Origin: a virus
Lineage: Duplodnaviria > Caudoviricetes
Strand: one strand, 5' to 3'
Length of the DNA stretch: 41,191 nt
IMG/VR virus record: IMGVR_UViG_3300036376_000001
Coordinates: 1 to 41,191 of that record
Part shown: piece by piece, positions 18,043 through 26,630 of the stretch
How positions within the stretch are numbered: position 1 is the stretch's first letter
Layout: every line of letters begins with the position of its first letter
Program-made: the position numbers and the translations under genes
Notes under the pieces: model-generated
Seen by the model: the letters and a program-made list of their open reading frames with translations, nothing else
What the model was told of the DNA's origin: nothing
Database searches by the model: none

Positions 18043-18720
18043 CTAGAGCAGATCCACCTGCTTCAGCGCAGCGTCGAAGCGCATGCCGCCTGCGTGGTGG
18101 CCAAGTTTCACGGTCGGATCGATGTAGATGCGGTGTCCGGCGTCCCGCGCTCGCGCGGAGAACGTGTAATCCTCACCGTGGACGTACGTCTTGCCGTCCT
18201 TGATGAGCTTGCCGAAGCTGAAGTACTCGAAGAACTCCTTGTTCTCGTCGGCACTCAGCCCGTCCTCGTGGATCTTGACCACGTTGGGCTTCATGTCCTC
18301 GAAAACCTTGCGGTCGACCCGCAGGAAGCCCGTCGCGGCGCCGTCGACCTCGCAGAGCCCGTGCATGTTGGGCTTCAGGCCCTCGGGCAGGGACGACACC
18401 GCCATTTCGACACGCCCGTTCGGGCTGTGCATTTTCTTCTGGTAGACGCCCGCACAGACGGTAGCGGGAGCCAGGGCGACGCGCTCGAAGGCGTTGATGG
18501 GCCACGACACATCGTCATCGATGAAGAACAGCTTGTCGCAGCCTGCGGCCATGGCCCGGGCGACAAGGGAATTGCGCGCCATATGGATGAGGGACGAGCC
18601 CACATCGGTCAGGAAGATGACTTCCGTGTTTTGCACCGCCCGCAGCGTGGCTGTCAGGGAGATGGCGAAGTGCACATTGACGTTGCCGCTGTAGCACGGC
18701 GTCAGGATGCCAATCTTCAC
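18043..18720 (-). CDS. Glycosyltransferase-like (GT-A fold) protein
   Basis: ILTPCY, ARN, FFIDDDV (DxD), GFLRV, GEDYTF and LGH motifs. Confidence 0.8.
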   Translation of the reverse strand: MKIGILTPCYSGNVNVHFAISLTATLRAVQNTEVIFLTDVGSSLIHMARNSLVARAMAAGCDKLFFIDDDVSWPINAFERVALAPATVCAGVYQKKMHSPNGRVEMAVSSLPEGLKPNMHGLCEVDGAATGFLRVDRKVFEDMKPNVVKIHEDGLSADENKEFFEYFSFGKLIKDGKTYVHGEDYTFSARARDAGHRIYIDPTVKLGHHAGGMRFDAALKQVDLL

Positions 18721-18878
18721 TTGTCACCGTCGAACGTGAAGGCGACCGCGCTGGCCGCATCGGCGTTACCGAGGTTGTGGACAAGGAAGTAACAAATGTC
18801 CGCAACCAGCTTCTGCTTCTCTTCCTTCAGGAACTTTGCCACCTCCTGGGCAACGCGTTCCACTTCTTCGTCGGTCAT
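18717..18878 (-). CDS. 53-aa hypothetical protein (not in the ORF track)
   Basis: GGAGG RBS; MTDEEVERVAQEVAKFLKEEK...; GTGA overlap with the next gene. Confidence 0.6.
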   Translation of the reverse strand: MTDEEVERVAQEVAKFLKEEKQKLVADICYFLVHNLGNADAASAVAFTFDGDK

Positions 18879-18896
18879 CAAGCCTCCATGGTGGGA

Positions 18897-18918
18897 TGCG
18901 GGGGCCGAAACCCCCGCA
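18897..18918 (-). terminator. GC-rich hairpin after the capsid genes (terminator or mRNA stabiliser)
   Basis: TGCGGGGG-TTTCGG-CCCCCGCA; no U-tract. Confidence 0.4.
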
Positions 18919-18925
18919 CCGAGTG

Positions 18926-19414
18926 TTAGAGCGCCACGAACAGGTCGGTAGCCGAGAACGCCGCAGTGGCGGTTGCAGCCGTGATGTTCGCGTTGATGAC
19001 GAGCGGGGCGATCTTGACCTGCGAGGTGGTCGTGTCGTCCACGCTGCCAGCGGTGCCCGAGGTGAACAGCGCAACGGCGGTCGAGCAGGTCGACAGCGCG
19101 TTGACCGTCATGTTGCCGCGCGTCTGCACCCAGCCGTACGAGCCGGCCGAGATGTTGTTCTGCGCGACACCGACGTAGGCCGCCGCAGAGGCGAGGGCAG
19201 ACGTCGCGGGCTGGCCACGGAAGTCCGACGTGATGGCCACGACCTGATAGGACGTGACCGACGTGGACGCCGAGATGAAGACGTAACGGTTGCCGTTGTT
19301 GTCCTCATAGCGGTCGCCGAGGCCGGGGATGGCGCCACTCTCCGCGTTGATGACGGTCGAAGAGTAGGCCGGGTAGACGCCAGAGATGTTGGCGCCAATC
19401 TGAAGCTCAGGCAT
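18926..19414 (-). CDS. Capsid decoration/cement protein
   Basis: Directly after the MCP; GNRYVF, YGWVQTRG; Ala/Thr/Ser-rich. Confidence 0.65.
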   Translation of the reverse strand: MPELQIGANISGVYPAYSSTVINAESGAIPGLGDRYEDNNGNRYVFISASTSVTSYQVVAITSDFRGQPATSALASAAAYVGVAQNNISAGSYGWVQTRGNMTVNALSTCSTAVALFTSGTAGSVDDTTTSQVKIAPLVINANITAATATAAFSATDLFVAL

Positions 19415-19438
19415 TGGTCGTTCTCCTGTATTCTGCGA

Positions 19439-20661
19439 TTACGCGGCGTCGAGGAGGCGGCCCTGCAGCTTGCGATTGCTGCAGACGAGCTGGCCCATCC
19501 AGTAGATCGGCACAACCTCGGCGTCCTGGTTGATCGGGATCTTCTTGTCGTCCTGCGACCACCGCGCCTCGGGATGCTCCACGAGGAAGAGGTAGTCGGA
19601 GTTGATGAAGTAGCCGATCTCGCCGGTCGTGCTGAAGTTCGAGTTGTCGTCAAAGATGACGTCCGCCGACTTGAACTTCAGGCTGTTGAAGCCCGCCGCA
19701 GCCATGTCGCTATCATTGAAGCGCTGATACTGCTGCAGGGAGCCCTCATAACCCGCGTAGAAGTCCTGCGTGAGCAGAACGAGGTCGGGCTTGTCGGTGC
19801 CGCGCACCTGCTTGATCCACAGCGTCGTCATGGCATTGACGATGTTGGTGGGCAGGTTCGTGGTCGCCGTGTAGGCGTTGGTGCCGGGGATCTCCTGGAA
19901 CTGGTTGGCCCAGAAGGTATAGGTGGCGGAGTTGATGCCGCCTACCGTGCCTGTCCCGTCCGTGGTGATGATGGCGCCGAGGCCGCCGATCTGGTTGGTC
20001 AGCGAACCGGAGCCGTAGAGGTCGATGGAGAACTGGTTGGCAGCCGTGCGCATCGCGTTGGTGATGCGGGACTGGACCAGGTTGATCATCGCCTCCTTGC
20101 CCGAGTTCATGCGAAGTTCGCGGCCAGAGGCGGTGACGTGGATCGCGACCTGCGCCCACGGATACTCGGCAGCCGACAGCACGTCCGACGCGTTCACGTT
20201 GAGCGTGTCGTAGCCGGAATATCGCTGATAGGTGCCGTTTTCCGCGTAGTCGAGTTCCTGAACGATGGACCAGCCACCGCTCTTGGTCTTGATCTGACCC
20301 TTTTTCTTCAGACGGTTCAGAAGGGCGTTGTTCTTCGACAGAACATGTTATCGCCGGGGCTCTTTATCCCCGACTTCATACGGTTCGTTTTCCCGTATGG
20401 TCAGACTATCTCATCACCTGTTTTCAACAGGGCCGGGCGCTCGTGGGCGGGTTATTCTTTCGTCACCGCCTAGTCGTTTGGCCTTCCATCGCCCTCGGAT
20501 ACTATCCTACATCGATGGCTTGGTCCAGTGTTCCCATCTCAGGGTTCACTTATTCACCCGGTTTTACAACGTCCCGATTAAACGTTGTCGGTGAGCTTTC
20601 CGCTGTGATTGCGGAAAGTCGTGGTCACCATTTCGGTGAACACAGCATTGGGGGACGGCAT
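19439..20661 (-). CDS. Major capsid protein, two exons (20581-20661 and 19439-20338), 326 aa spliced
   Basis: Exon 1 MPSPNAVFTEMVTTTFRNHSGKLTDNV joins in frame to exon 2 SKNNALLNRLKKKGQIKTKSGG...; AGGAGA RBS; follows the scaffold gene. Confidence 0.9.
20339..20580 (-). mobile_element. Group I self-splicing intron, 242 nt, no ORF
   Basis: Exon ends in U and the intron ends in G. P1 ACAACGUU/GACGUUGU with U-G wobble; P10 UCGG/UCGA; P3 CCGGGUG/CGCCCGG; P7 GACUA/UAGUC; P8 CCUGUU/AACAGG; P9 CAUACGG/CCGUAUG. Confidence 0.93.
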
Positions 20662-20685
20662 GTGCGTCTCCTGAGCGAGAGGGGG

Positions 20686-21780
20686 TTATCCCGCCTTCTG
20701 CGCCGCGCTGTCGTAGAGCGCAGACCAGTAGTCGGGGCTATCGAGCCCGCGGTTGGCCTGTTTCGCGCTAGCTGAGGTCTTGACGTTGAGCTTGGCGACC
20801 TTCGACGCCTTCTCGGCGGCCTTGCGATCCTCTTCGGCACGCTTGGCGGCTTCGTCGGCTATCCTCTTGGCCCGCGTATCGGGATGGCGCCACACCGCAG
20901 TTTCGTAGGCTTTCTCCAGAACCTCACGGGGAGAGAGTTCCGGGTTTTCCTGCCGAATGAGGCGGACTTCCTTCTCGATGTACGGCTCAAGGATGTCGTA
21001 GTCGGGCTTGCTCTTGGCAAACTCGTCGATGACCGAGACGACGGCCTGTCGCTGGGTCTCGACTTCCCTCTGCTCGCGCGAGACGACCCTTTCGCGTGTC
21101 TCGCGGATTTGGCTTTCAAGCTGGGCAATGCGGTTTTGCAGGAACGAAACCTGCGGGTTGTCGCTGCCCGGCTCTCCAGTTGGCAGGGTGACGCCGTACA
21201 TCTGCGCGAGGCGCTGAATGGTAGCGTGGGGGTCCTGTTCCAGAGCGCGCTGCACGGTCAACAGACGGTTGATGCCGTCGTCTGGCGTGAGGCCCTTGGA
21301 GTCAAACAGATCCTTGTGCTGTTCCAGTACCTTCGACAGAGGCTCGAACGCCTTCGCCGCCTGCCCCAGTTGCGTGATCTTGGCGTGGCTCTCGCTTTCC
21401 CGCTTGGCCCAGACCTGCTGGACGTCGGGTGGAAGCGTGTTCCACTTGGCCTTCATCTCGCTGGGCAGCGAGGCGGGGGGAGCGATGGACGGCTCGGCCG
21501 TTTCGCTCGTCTCCACCTCGGGGCTGCTGCCCTCGATTTCCGTTTCCGCCGGTTCCTCAGCCTTTGGGGCGAGCGCGTCGGCTACATGATTGCGCTTGGC
21601 GAACTTGCCGTCGGGGGCACGGTCAGGACCCGTTTCCCGCTCGTGCACCTCGTCCCATACCGCCGAGAGTTCGTCGGCCAGGGATGACCCTGTATCCTGC
21701 TGCGGGGCCTCGTTGACAGGCTCGGGCGCAGGGGTGCTCTCGGCCGGGGCCGGAGCCCCACCGTTCAACTGCTCTTCCAT
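20686..21780 (-). CDS. Capsid scaffolding protein
   Basis: Acidic N-terminus, RAPDGKFAK, helical; directly upstream of the MCP. Confidence 0.8.
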   Translation of the reverse strand: MEEQLNGGAPAPAESTPAPEPVNEAPQQDTGSSLADELSAVWDEVHERETGPDRAPDGKFAKRNHVADALAPKAEEPAETEIEGSSPEVETSETAEPSIAPPASLPSEMKAKWNTLPPDVQQVWAKRESESHAKITQLGQAAKAFEPLSKVLEQHKDLFDSKGLTPDDGINRLLTVQRALEQDPHATIQRLAQMYGVTLPTGEPGSDNPQVSFLQNRIAQLESQIRETRERVVSREQREVETQRQAVVSVIDEFAKSKPDYDILEPYIEKEVRLIRQENPELSPREVLEKAYETAVWRHPDTRAKRIADEAAKRAEEDRKAAEKASKVAKLNVKTSASAKQANRGLDSPDYWSALYDSAAQKAG

Positions 21781-21793
21781 GTGCTCTCTGGGG

Positions 21794-22045
21794 TTAGCGC
21801 CCGATGTAACGCAGGCGGTTTGCTTCGTTCCTGAAGGGCGTCGGGGCCACGTCGCCGGCCTCGACCACGTTGTGCCGCTTCATGTACTCGCGGCGGGCGG
21901 CGCGGCCCTCCAGCCACTTCCCCTCGATGGGGTCGACGCAGCCGGGACTGTCACGCATGACCTGCCAGCCGGGCTGCTCGGGGCGCACGTATTCTGACGC
22001 GAGGATGAACATTTCGCGTTGCTTGTCCCAAATGTAACGTGTCAT
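21794..22045 (-). CDS. Hypothetical phage head-region protein
   Basis: DPIEGKWLEGRAARREYMKRHNVVEAGD. Confidence 0.7.
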   Translation of the reverse strand: MTRYIWDKQREMFILASEYVRPEQPGWQVMRDSPGCVDPIEGKWLEGRAARREYMKRHNVVEAGDVAPTPFRNEANRLRYIGR

Positions 22046-22069
22046 TGTCTTCCTACGCTGGAGGTAACA

Positions 22070-22201
22070 ATGTTGCGGTTAATCAAGCTGTTGTTTCAAA
22101 AAAGACGGCCGACCGTTTGCGCTGTCCCCAAAGACTTGCCAAAACCCGATGGGAACCCTTCTCTTGGCATGCCGCCCTACTGGATACGGAACCGGCACTA
22201 G
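22070..22201 (+). CDS. 43-aa antisense peptide
   Basis: GGAGGT RBS; fills the gap between two minus-strand genes. Confidence 0.4.
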   Translation: MLRLIKLLFQKRRPTVCAVPKDLPKPDGNPSLGMPPYWIRNRH

Positions 22202-24162
22202 CCCCAAGGGGAATACCCGGACGGGACGGGAAACGTGAAGCCGTTGGCAAACAGCACGATCTGGCCGGGGCTGGCGCTGGTTGCGCTGCCCAGCAGCGGA
22301 TAGTACGTGCCGGCCGCCAGCGTCTGGCCGCCCGTGCCCGCCACCGGGTTGGCCGAGTTGAGCCACGTCACGCCGTCGTTGGTGAAGTAAACCCGGTTGT
22401 TCGTCAGGTCGCAGGCGATGCCAAGCCAGCCCGCAGTGCTGAAGCCATAGCTGCCCGCCGTCGCGGAACCGGCAAACGACTTCGTGCCGTCCGTAAACAG
22501 CATGTATGTGTCTGCGTCGGTCCCTGACGCCTTTGTTGGCAGCCCCTTGGTCACGCCGGCCATCATGCGATTGCCGGTGAACCACAACACCTCGAAATAA
22601 TACTTGCCCGTTGAGCGGCCGACGGTGCCGCGCACATAGTCATAGTCCGTCGCGCCCGTGTTTACGCCGCGCCCGGCCAGCGTCAGGCTGATGCCCGCCG
22701 TCTTGTTGGACGAGTCAAGGATGCATGTCGGCTCGACATAGGGCACGGGCGTCGAGTCCGCGCCGGACCCAAGCGTGTAGTTGAGCAGCGTCAGCGTGTA
22801 CTTGCCCGTCACGCCGCCGTCGAAAAAGTCGCCAGCCGCAAGCACGGTGCCCGTCAGGTTCGACACGTTCTTCGGCACGACGGCGGGGTTGTACAGCCCG
22901 TCCTCAAAGCTGCGCTCGGCGAACTTCGTCCACGGTCCCCACGGCGCAGCCGCCTCGTACAGTTCCCACGTGCAAAGCTTCTGGTTCAGCGTGCCCGTCA
23001 CGTCCGTGGCGACGTAGGGATAGTGCCACTGGATCATCACATAGCGCTTGACGGACGGAATGTACTGGATGGACGGCCAGCTTACCTTCTTCGTCTTCGA
23101 AATGATCGGCGCAGCCGAGGCAAGCGCGCCCCAGTTGGCATTCGACGTGCCGTCGCCACCCTGGTAGAACTTCCAGTCGGACGCCGACAGGTTGCCGATG
23201 GCGGTCTTCAGGCAGCGGCCGACAACCAAGCTGTCGCCGTTGTTCCAGAAGCCGTTGTTGCCGTAGGCGTAGACATAGGTGCCCGCGCTGTCGACGCCGG
23301 GGTCGGCGTAATCCTTCCCGTATTGCAAGAACACGGGGTTGGAGAACGTGTCCGCCGGGAACATCGGCGAGCCGTAGGGCTGGTTCGTGGGCGGAAGCGG
23401 CGTCCAGTTCAGGCCCTTGTCCGTCGACTTGATAAGCTGACCGCCGCGCGTGGTCTGCCGGTTCTCGCCCGAGCCGGTAAACCACTTGCCGTAGAAGTTG
23501 CGGCCCACCCACATATAGAGCGTGCCGCCGACCGATATGATGCTGGAGCCCTTCCAGCTTGCGCCGTCCGACCCCAGCGAACTGACGCCGCCAAAGGAGG
23601 GCAGCGCATTGATGTTGGTGCCCGTCGTTGAATTGTCGACCGGCGACGACAGCGAAAACATCGCCACGTTGGAATTGTAAGCGCCGTTGAAGCCGGTCGT
23701 ATCGTCGGCAATCATGTAGACGGTGTCGTTGTCCGCCCACGTGTTGGCGAACGTGTCGCCCTGCATGTACTTCGACGGGTAGTTGCTGTTGTAGCGGAAC
23801 GGCGTTCCGAACGTGATGGAGGTCAGGGCAAACGAGCCGGTGCTGGCCGCCGTCACCGCCGTTGTGGCCGCCGACGTGGCCGGGGCGCTGGCGCCCGCAA
23901 CGTTGGTGGCAGTCACTTCGACCGTGATCGTCTTGCCCACGTCGGACACTTGCAGCGAATAGCTGTTGGCGTTTGAGCCCACGTTGGAGCCGCCCGACTT
24001 CCACTGATAGCTGTAGCTCGTCGGCGAACCCGTCCACGTGCCCGTGGTCGTCGTCAGTGTCTGGCCGACGACGGGAGAGCCGGAAATGACCGGCAGCCCC
24101 ACGTTGGCCGGGGCGCCGACCGAGAACTTCGACATCCCCAGATAGGTGATGAGGTTGAACAT
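22198..24162 (-). CDS. Fibre-like protein: Ig-like + DUF4185-like propeller + SPRY-like domains
   Basis: PVISGSPVVGQTLT...YSYQW; GDTFANTWAD; GKYYFEV. Confidence 0.65.
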   Translation of the reverse strand: MFNLITYLGMSKFSVGAPANVGLPVISGSPVVGQTLTTTTGTWTGSPTSYSYQWKSGGSNVGSNANSYSLQVSDVGKTITVEVTATNVAGASAPATSAATTAVTAASTGSFALTSITFGTPFRYNSNYPSKYMQGDTFANTWADNDTVYMIADDTTGFNGAYNSNVAMFSLSSPVDNSTTGTNINALPSFGGVSSLGSDGASWKGSSIISVGGTLYMWVGRNFYGKWFTGSGENRQTTRGGQLIKSTDKGLNWTPLPPTNQPYGSPMFPADTFSNPVFLQYGKDYADPGVDSAGTYVYAYGNNGFWNNGDSLVVGRCLKTAIGNLSASDWKFYQGGDGTSNANWGALASAAPIISKTKKVSWPSIQYIPSVKRYVMIQWHYPYVATDVTGTLNQKLCTWELYEAAAPWGPWTKFAERSFEDGLYNPAVVPKNVSNLTGTVLAAGDFFDGGVTGKYTLTLLNYTLGSGADSTPVPYVEPTCILDSSNKTAGISLTLAGRGVNTGATDYDYVRGTVGRSTGKYYFEVLWFTGNRMMAGVTKGLPTKASGTDADTYMLFTDGTKSFAGSATAGSYGFSTAGWLGIACDLTNNRVYFTNDGVTWLNSANPVAGTGGQTLAAGTYYPLLGSATSASPGQIVLFANGFTFPVPSGYSPWG

Positions 24163-25676
24163 CAGGGTGTCGCCCAGGCCAGCTTCTGGCTGTTGTAAAT
24201 CGTGGTGCGATCGGTGCTGCCAACGACCGCCGAGAACTGGATGACCTCGGTCACGTGGCCGTTGAAGTAATTCTGACCGGATGCCCAGCTACCCAGCGTC
24301 AGGCCGGCGCTGAGAGCGCCCGCGCCTGAGGTCGAGCCTGTCGTTTCCGTGCCGTTGAAATTCAGGACGGTCGACGCGCCGTTGACGACGCCGGTATGCG
24401 AGTTGAGCACCGTGATGCTCGGCGCGGCGCCGAAGACTGCCGACGTGCCGGCATAGATGCCCGCGACGTTGGTCTGGTCGACATAGCAGCCCGACACGAT
24501 GGCGTCGCCGGAACCGACCACGATCTGGTTTGCACCAGTCAGGGCGACCGGCGAGTAAACCGCGTTGCTGGTGAAGGGCTGCGGCACGCCGTAGCTCACA
24601 GCCTTCAACTGCACGGGGCTGCCGGTCAGAAGAATGGCCGTCTTGCCGTTCTTCTGGATCAGGGCGCCAGACGACACAATCTTGGGCTGGTTGGCCGTGG
24701 TGGCCTGGACAAGGTCGTACGTTCCGACCTGGTCGTACCATGTGTCAATGAAGCCATCGCCCGCGCCAACGAAGGACAGAAGCGACGCTGTATCGAGAAG
24801 GTTGCTGACAAACCCGATATTCTGCGTGGCATTGTCGGACGAACGGCGAACCTTGATGCAGTTCCCGGAATAAGATGTCTTGAGCTTGCGCAGCGAGAAG
24901 GCCGCCGCAGCCGTCGCCGTGAGGTTGCCGCTGTCGAGCAGCAGGCCGGGATTGGTGACCGCCGTCGTCGGGCCGGACGTGGCCGGAAGGCCGTTGCCGC
25001 CGCCATTGCTGGCCGTCACGATGACGCGGATCACCTTGCCCACGTCGCCGATGACAGGCGTGTATGTCGAGCCCGTCGCACCCACGATATTGGCGCCGTC
25101 CGCCGTCCACTGGTAGGTGTAGCCGGTCGGCGAATTGGTCCACGTTCCGGTGCTGGCCGTAAGAAGCGAATTGACCGCAGCCGTGCCGGAAATCGCCGGG
25201 ACGACCGTGTTGACGGGCACGTCCGGAGTTCCGCCACCGCCGCCGCCACCACCACCGCCGCCACCACCACCGCCGCCAGAGCTGGCGACAACGGACGACG
25301 ACAGAAACTTTGCTGCCGTCTGGCCGGGGTTGCTGACGCACACCAGCGAGACGTAGCCATATTGCGTGTTGATGGACGTGGACGAGCCCAGAAGCTGCGC
25401 GTTCTGCGTGAAGCTGAAGCTCACCACGCCCGTGTTGTTCTGGAAGATCAGGCAGTTGAAGCCTACCGGCAGCGTGCCGGGAACCGTGATGGTGATGGAT
25501 GCCGACGTGTCGACCGGCAGGACGCAGCCGCTATCGTCCGGGACCAGCGTATAGTTGGCCGACAGAGGCGGGTCCTTGACGAACGCGGTGAAGCGCGAGA
25601 GCACAGCTCCCTTCAGGTTCCCCGGTGTGCCCGGTTCTCCAAAGGGCTGTAGCGGAGTGAAAGGGAGCTGTGCCAC
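24162..25676 (-). CDS. Fibre-like protein: adaptor, poly-Gly linker, Ig-like and LamG/arabinofuranosidase-B-like domains
   Basis: NYTLVPDDSG; 16 Gly at 25230-25277; PAISGTAAV..YTYQW; FSLRKL..IKVRRSSDN..WYDQ. Confidence 0.65.
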   Translation of the reverse strand: MAQLPFTPLQPFGEPGTPGNLKGAVLSRFTAFVKDPPLSANYTLVPDDSGCVLPVDTSASITITVPGTLPVGFNCLIFQNNTGVVSFSFTQNAQLLGSSTSINTQYGYVSLVCVSNPGQTAAKFLSSSVVASSGGGGGGGGGGGGGGGGTPDVPVNTVVPAISGTAAVNSLLTASTGTWTNSPTGYTYQWTADGANIVGATGSTYTPVIGDVGKVIRVIVTASNGGGNGLPATSGPTTAVTNPGLLLDSGNLTATAAAAFSLRKLKTSYSGNCIKVRRSSDNATQNIGFVSNLLDTASLLSFVGAGDGFIDTWYDQVGTYDLVQATTANQPKIVSSGALIQKNGKTAILLTGSPVQLKAVSYGVPQPFTSNAVYSPVALTGANQIVVGSGDAIVSGCYVDQTNVAGIYAGTSAVFGAAPSITVLNSHTGVVNGASTVLNFNGTETTGSTSGAGALSAGLTLGSWASGQNYFNGHVTEVIQFSAVVGSTDRTTIYNSQKLAWATP

Positions 25677-25696
25677 TGTTGCGCCTCGTTATAGCG

Positions 25697-26281
25697 TCAG
25701 GCCCAGGCCGTATAACCGGTCTGGATTGTGAAGTTGCAGGCTGGAATGATGGTAATCGGTCCGCTTCCGCTCTGGACGACACCCATCGGGAAGTACGTCC
25801 CGGCGGTGATCGCCGTCATGTTTGCGCCTGTACTGACGTTGGCGCTGTTGTACCAGGTCGAGCCGTCGTACCACGCGATTTTGTTGTTCGTCAGGTCGAC
25901 ATAGCAGTCGATAAAGCGATGCGTACCGCCGAACCAGGGGTCGCCCGCCGTATCAACGCCATTGTTGCTGAAGAAGCCGTTGTACCACGTGAAGTAACGG
26001 TTCCCGCCGGGGTTGTACGCCGCCTCGCTGCCCGGAACAGTGGGCGCGATGCCGAGACCGGCCTGCGTGCCATTGGCCGTCAGGTCCATGCCGAACGCCC
26101 ACTTGCCCGTGCTCTTGCTGACGGTGCCGAGCACATAGGACCAGCCGGACCCATTGCTTGACGACGCCGTCAGGTTACCGTTGGACAACGTGACCGACGC
26201 AGTTTTCTGCGCCGGGTCGAAAGTGAGGCTTGAGCCGCCCGCTGACGGGTAGCCAAGGAAGATTTGCTGAAGGGCGGCCAT
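25697..26281 (-). CDS. SPRY/lectin-like protein
   Basis: TFDPAQKTASVTLSNGNLTA..GKWAF..TYFP. Confidence 0.6.
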   Translation of the reverse strand: MAALQQIFLGYPSAGGSSLTFDPAQKTASVTLSNGNLTASSSNGSGWSYVLGTVSKSTGKWAFGMDLTANGTQAGLGIAPTVPGSEAAYNPGGNRYFTWYNGFFSNNGVDTAGDPWFGGTHRFIDCYVDLTNNKIAWYDGSTWYNSANVSTGANMTAITAGTYFPMGVVQSGSGPITIIPACNFTIQTGYTAWA

Positions 26282-26291
26282 GGGCGCCTCC

Positions 26292-26621
26292 TTACGAGGT
26301 GAGGTCGCCGGTCAGGAGCCACACAGCCGCGCCGCCGGAATTCGACTTCACGACAGCCGTGGCGGCTGCATACTGACCGGCGGTCTTGTTCTTCGACCCA
26401 CGCGTGTGGATCGTCGCACCCGAGCCGGCGGAAAAGGTGATCTGCCCGGCGCCCGACTGCGTGAACGACACGATGAAGCCGCGCGGCTTGTCGGCCGGCA
26501 GGGTGATGGTCGTGGCAGACGCGTTGGAATGATCGATCATCGCGCCGGCGTCGCTGTCGGCCACCGTGTAGGTCGTGCCGCCCTGGTTGTAGATCGGAAG
26601 GTCGGTCAGGGGAGAGGACAT
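26292..26621 (-). CDS. Fibre adaptor-type domain protein
   Basis: TYTVADSDAG..ITLP..QSGAGQITF..WLLTGDL. Confidence 0.65.
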   Translation of the reverse strand: MSSPLTDLPIYNQGGTTYTVADSDAGAMIDHSNASATTITLPADKPRGFIVSFTQSGAGQITFSAGSGATIHTRGSKNKTAGQYAAATAVVKSNSGGAAVWLLTGDLTS

Positions 26622-26630
26622 GGATGTCTC

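Noticed and set aside
20328-20775. Plus-strand ORFs over the intron as a homing endonuclease
   Set aside because: They are antisense to the intron and have no nuclease motifs.
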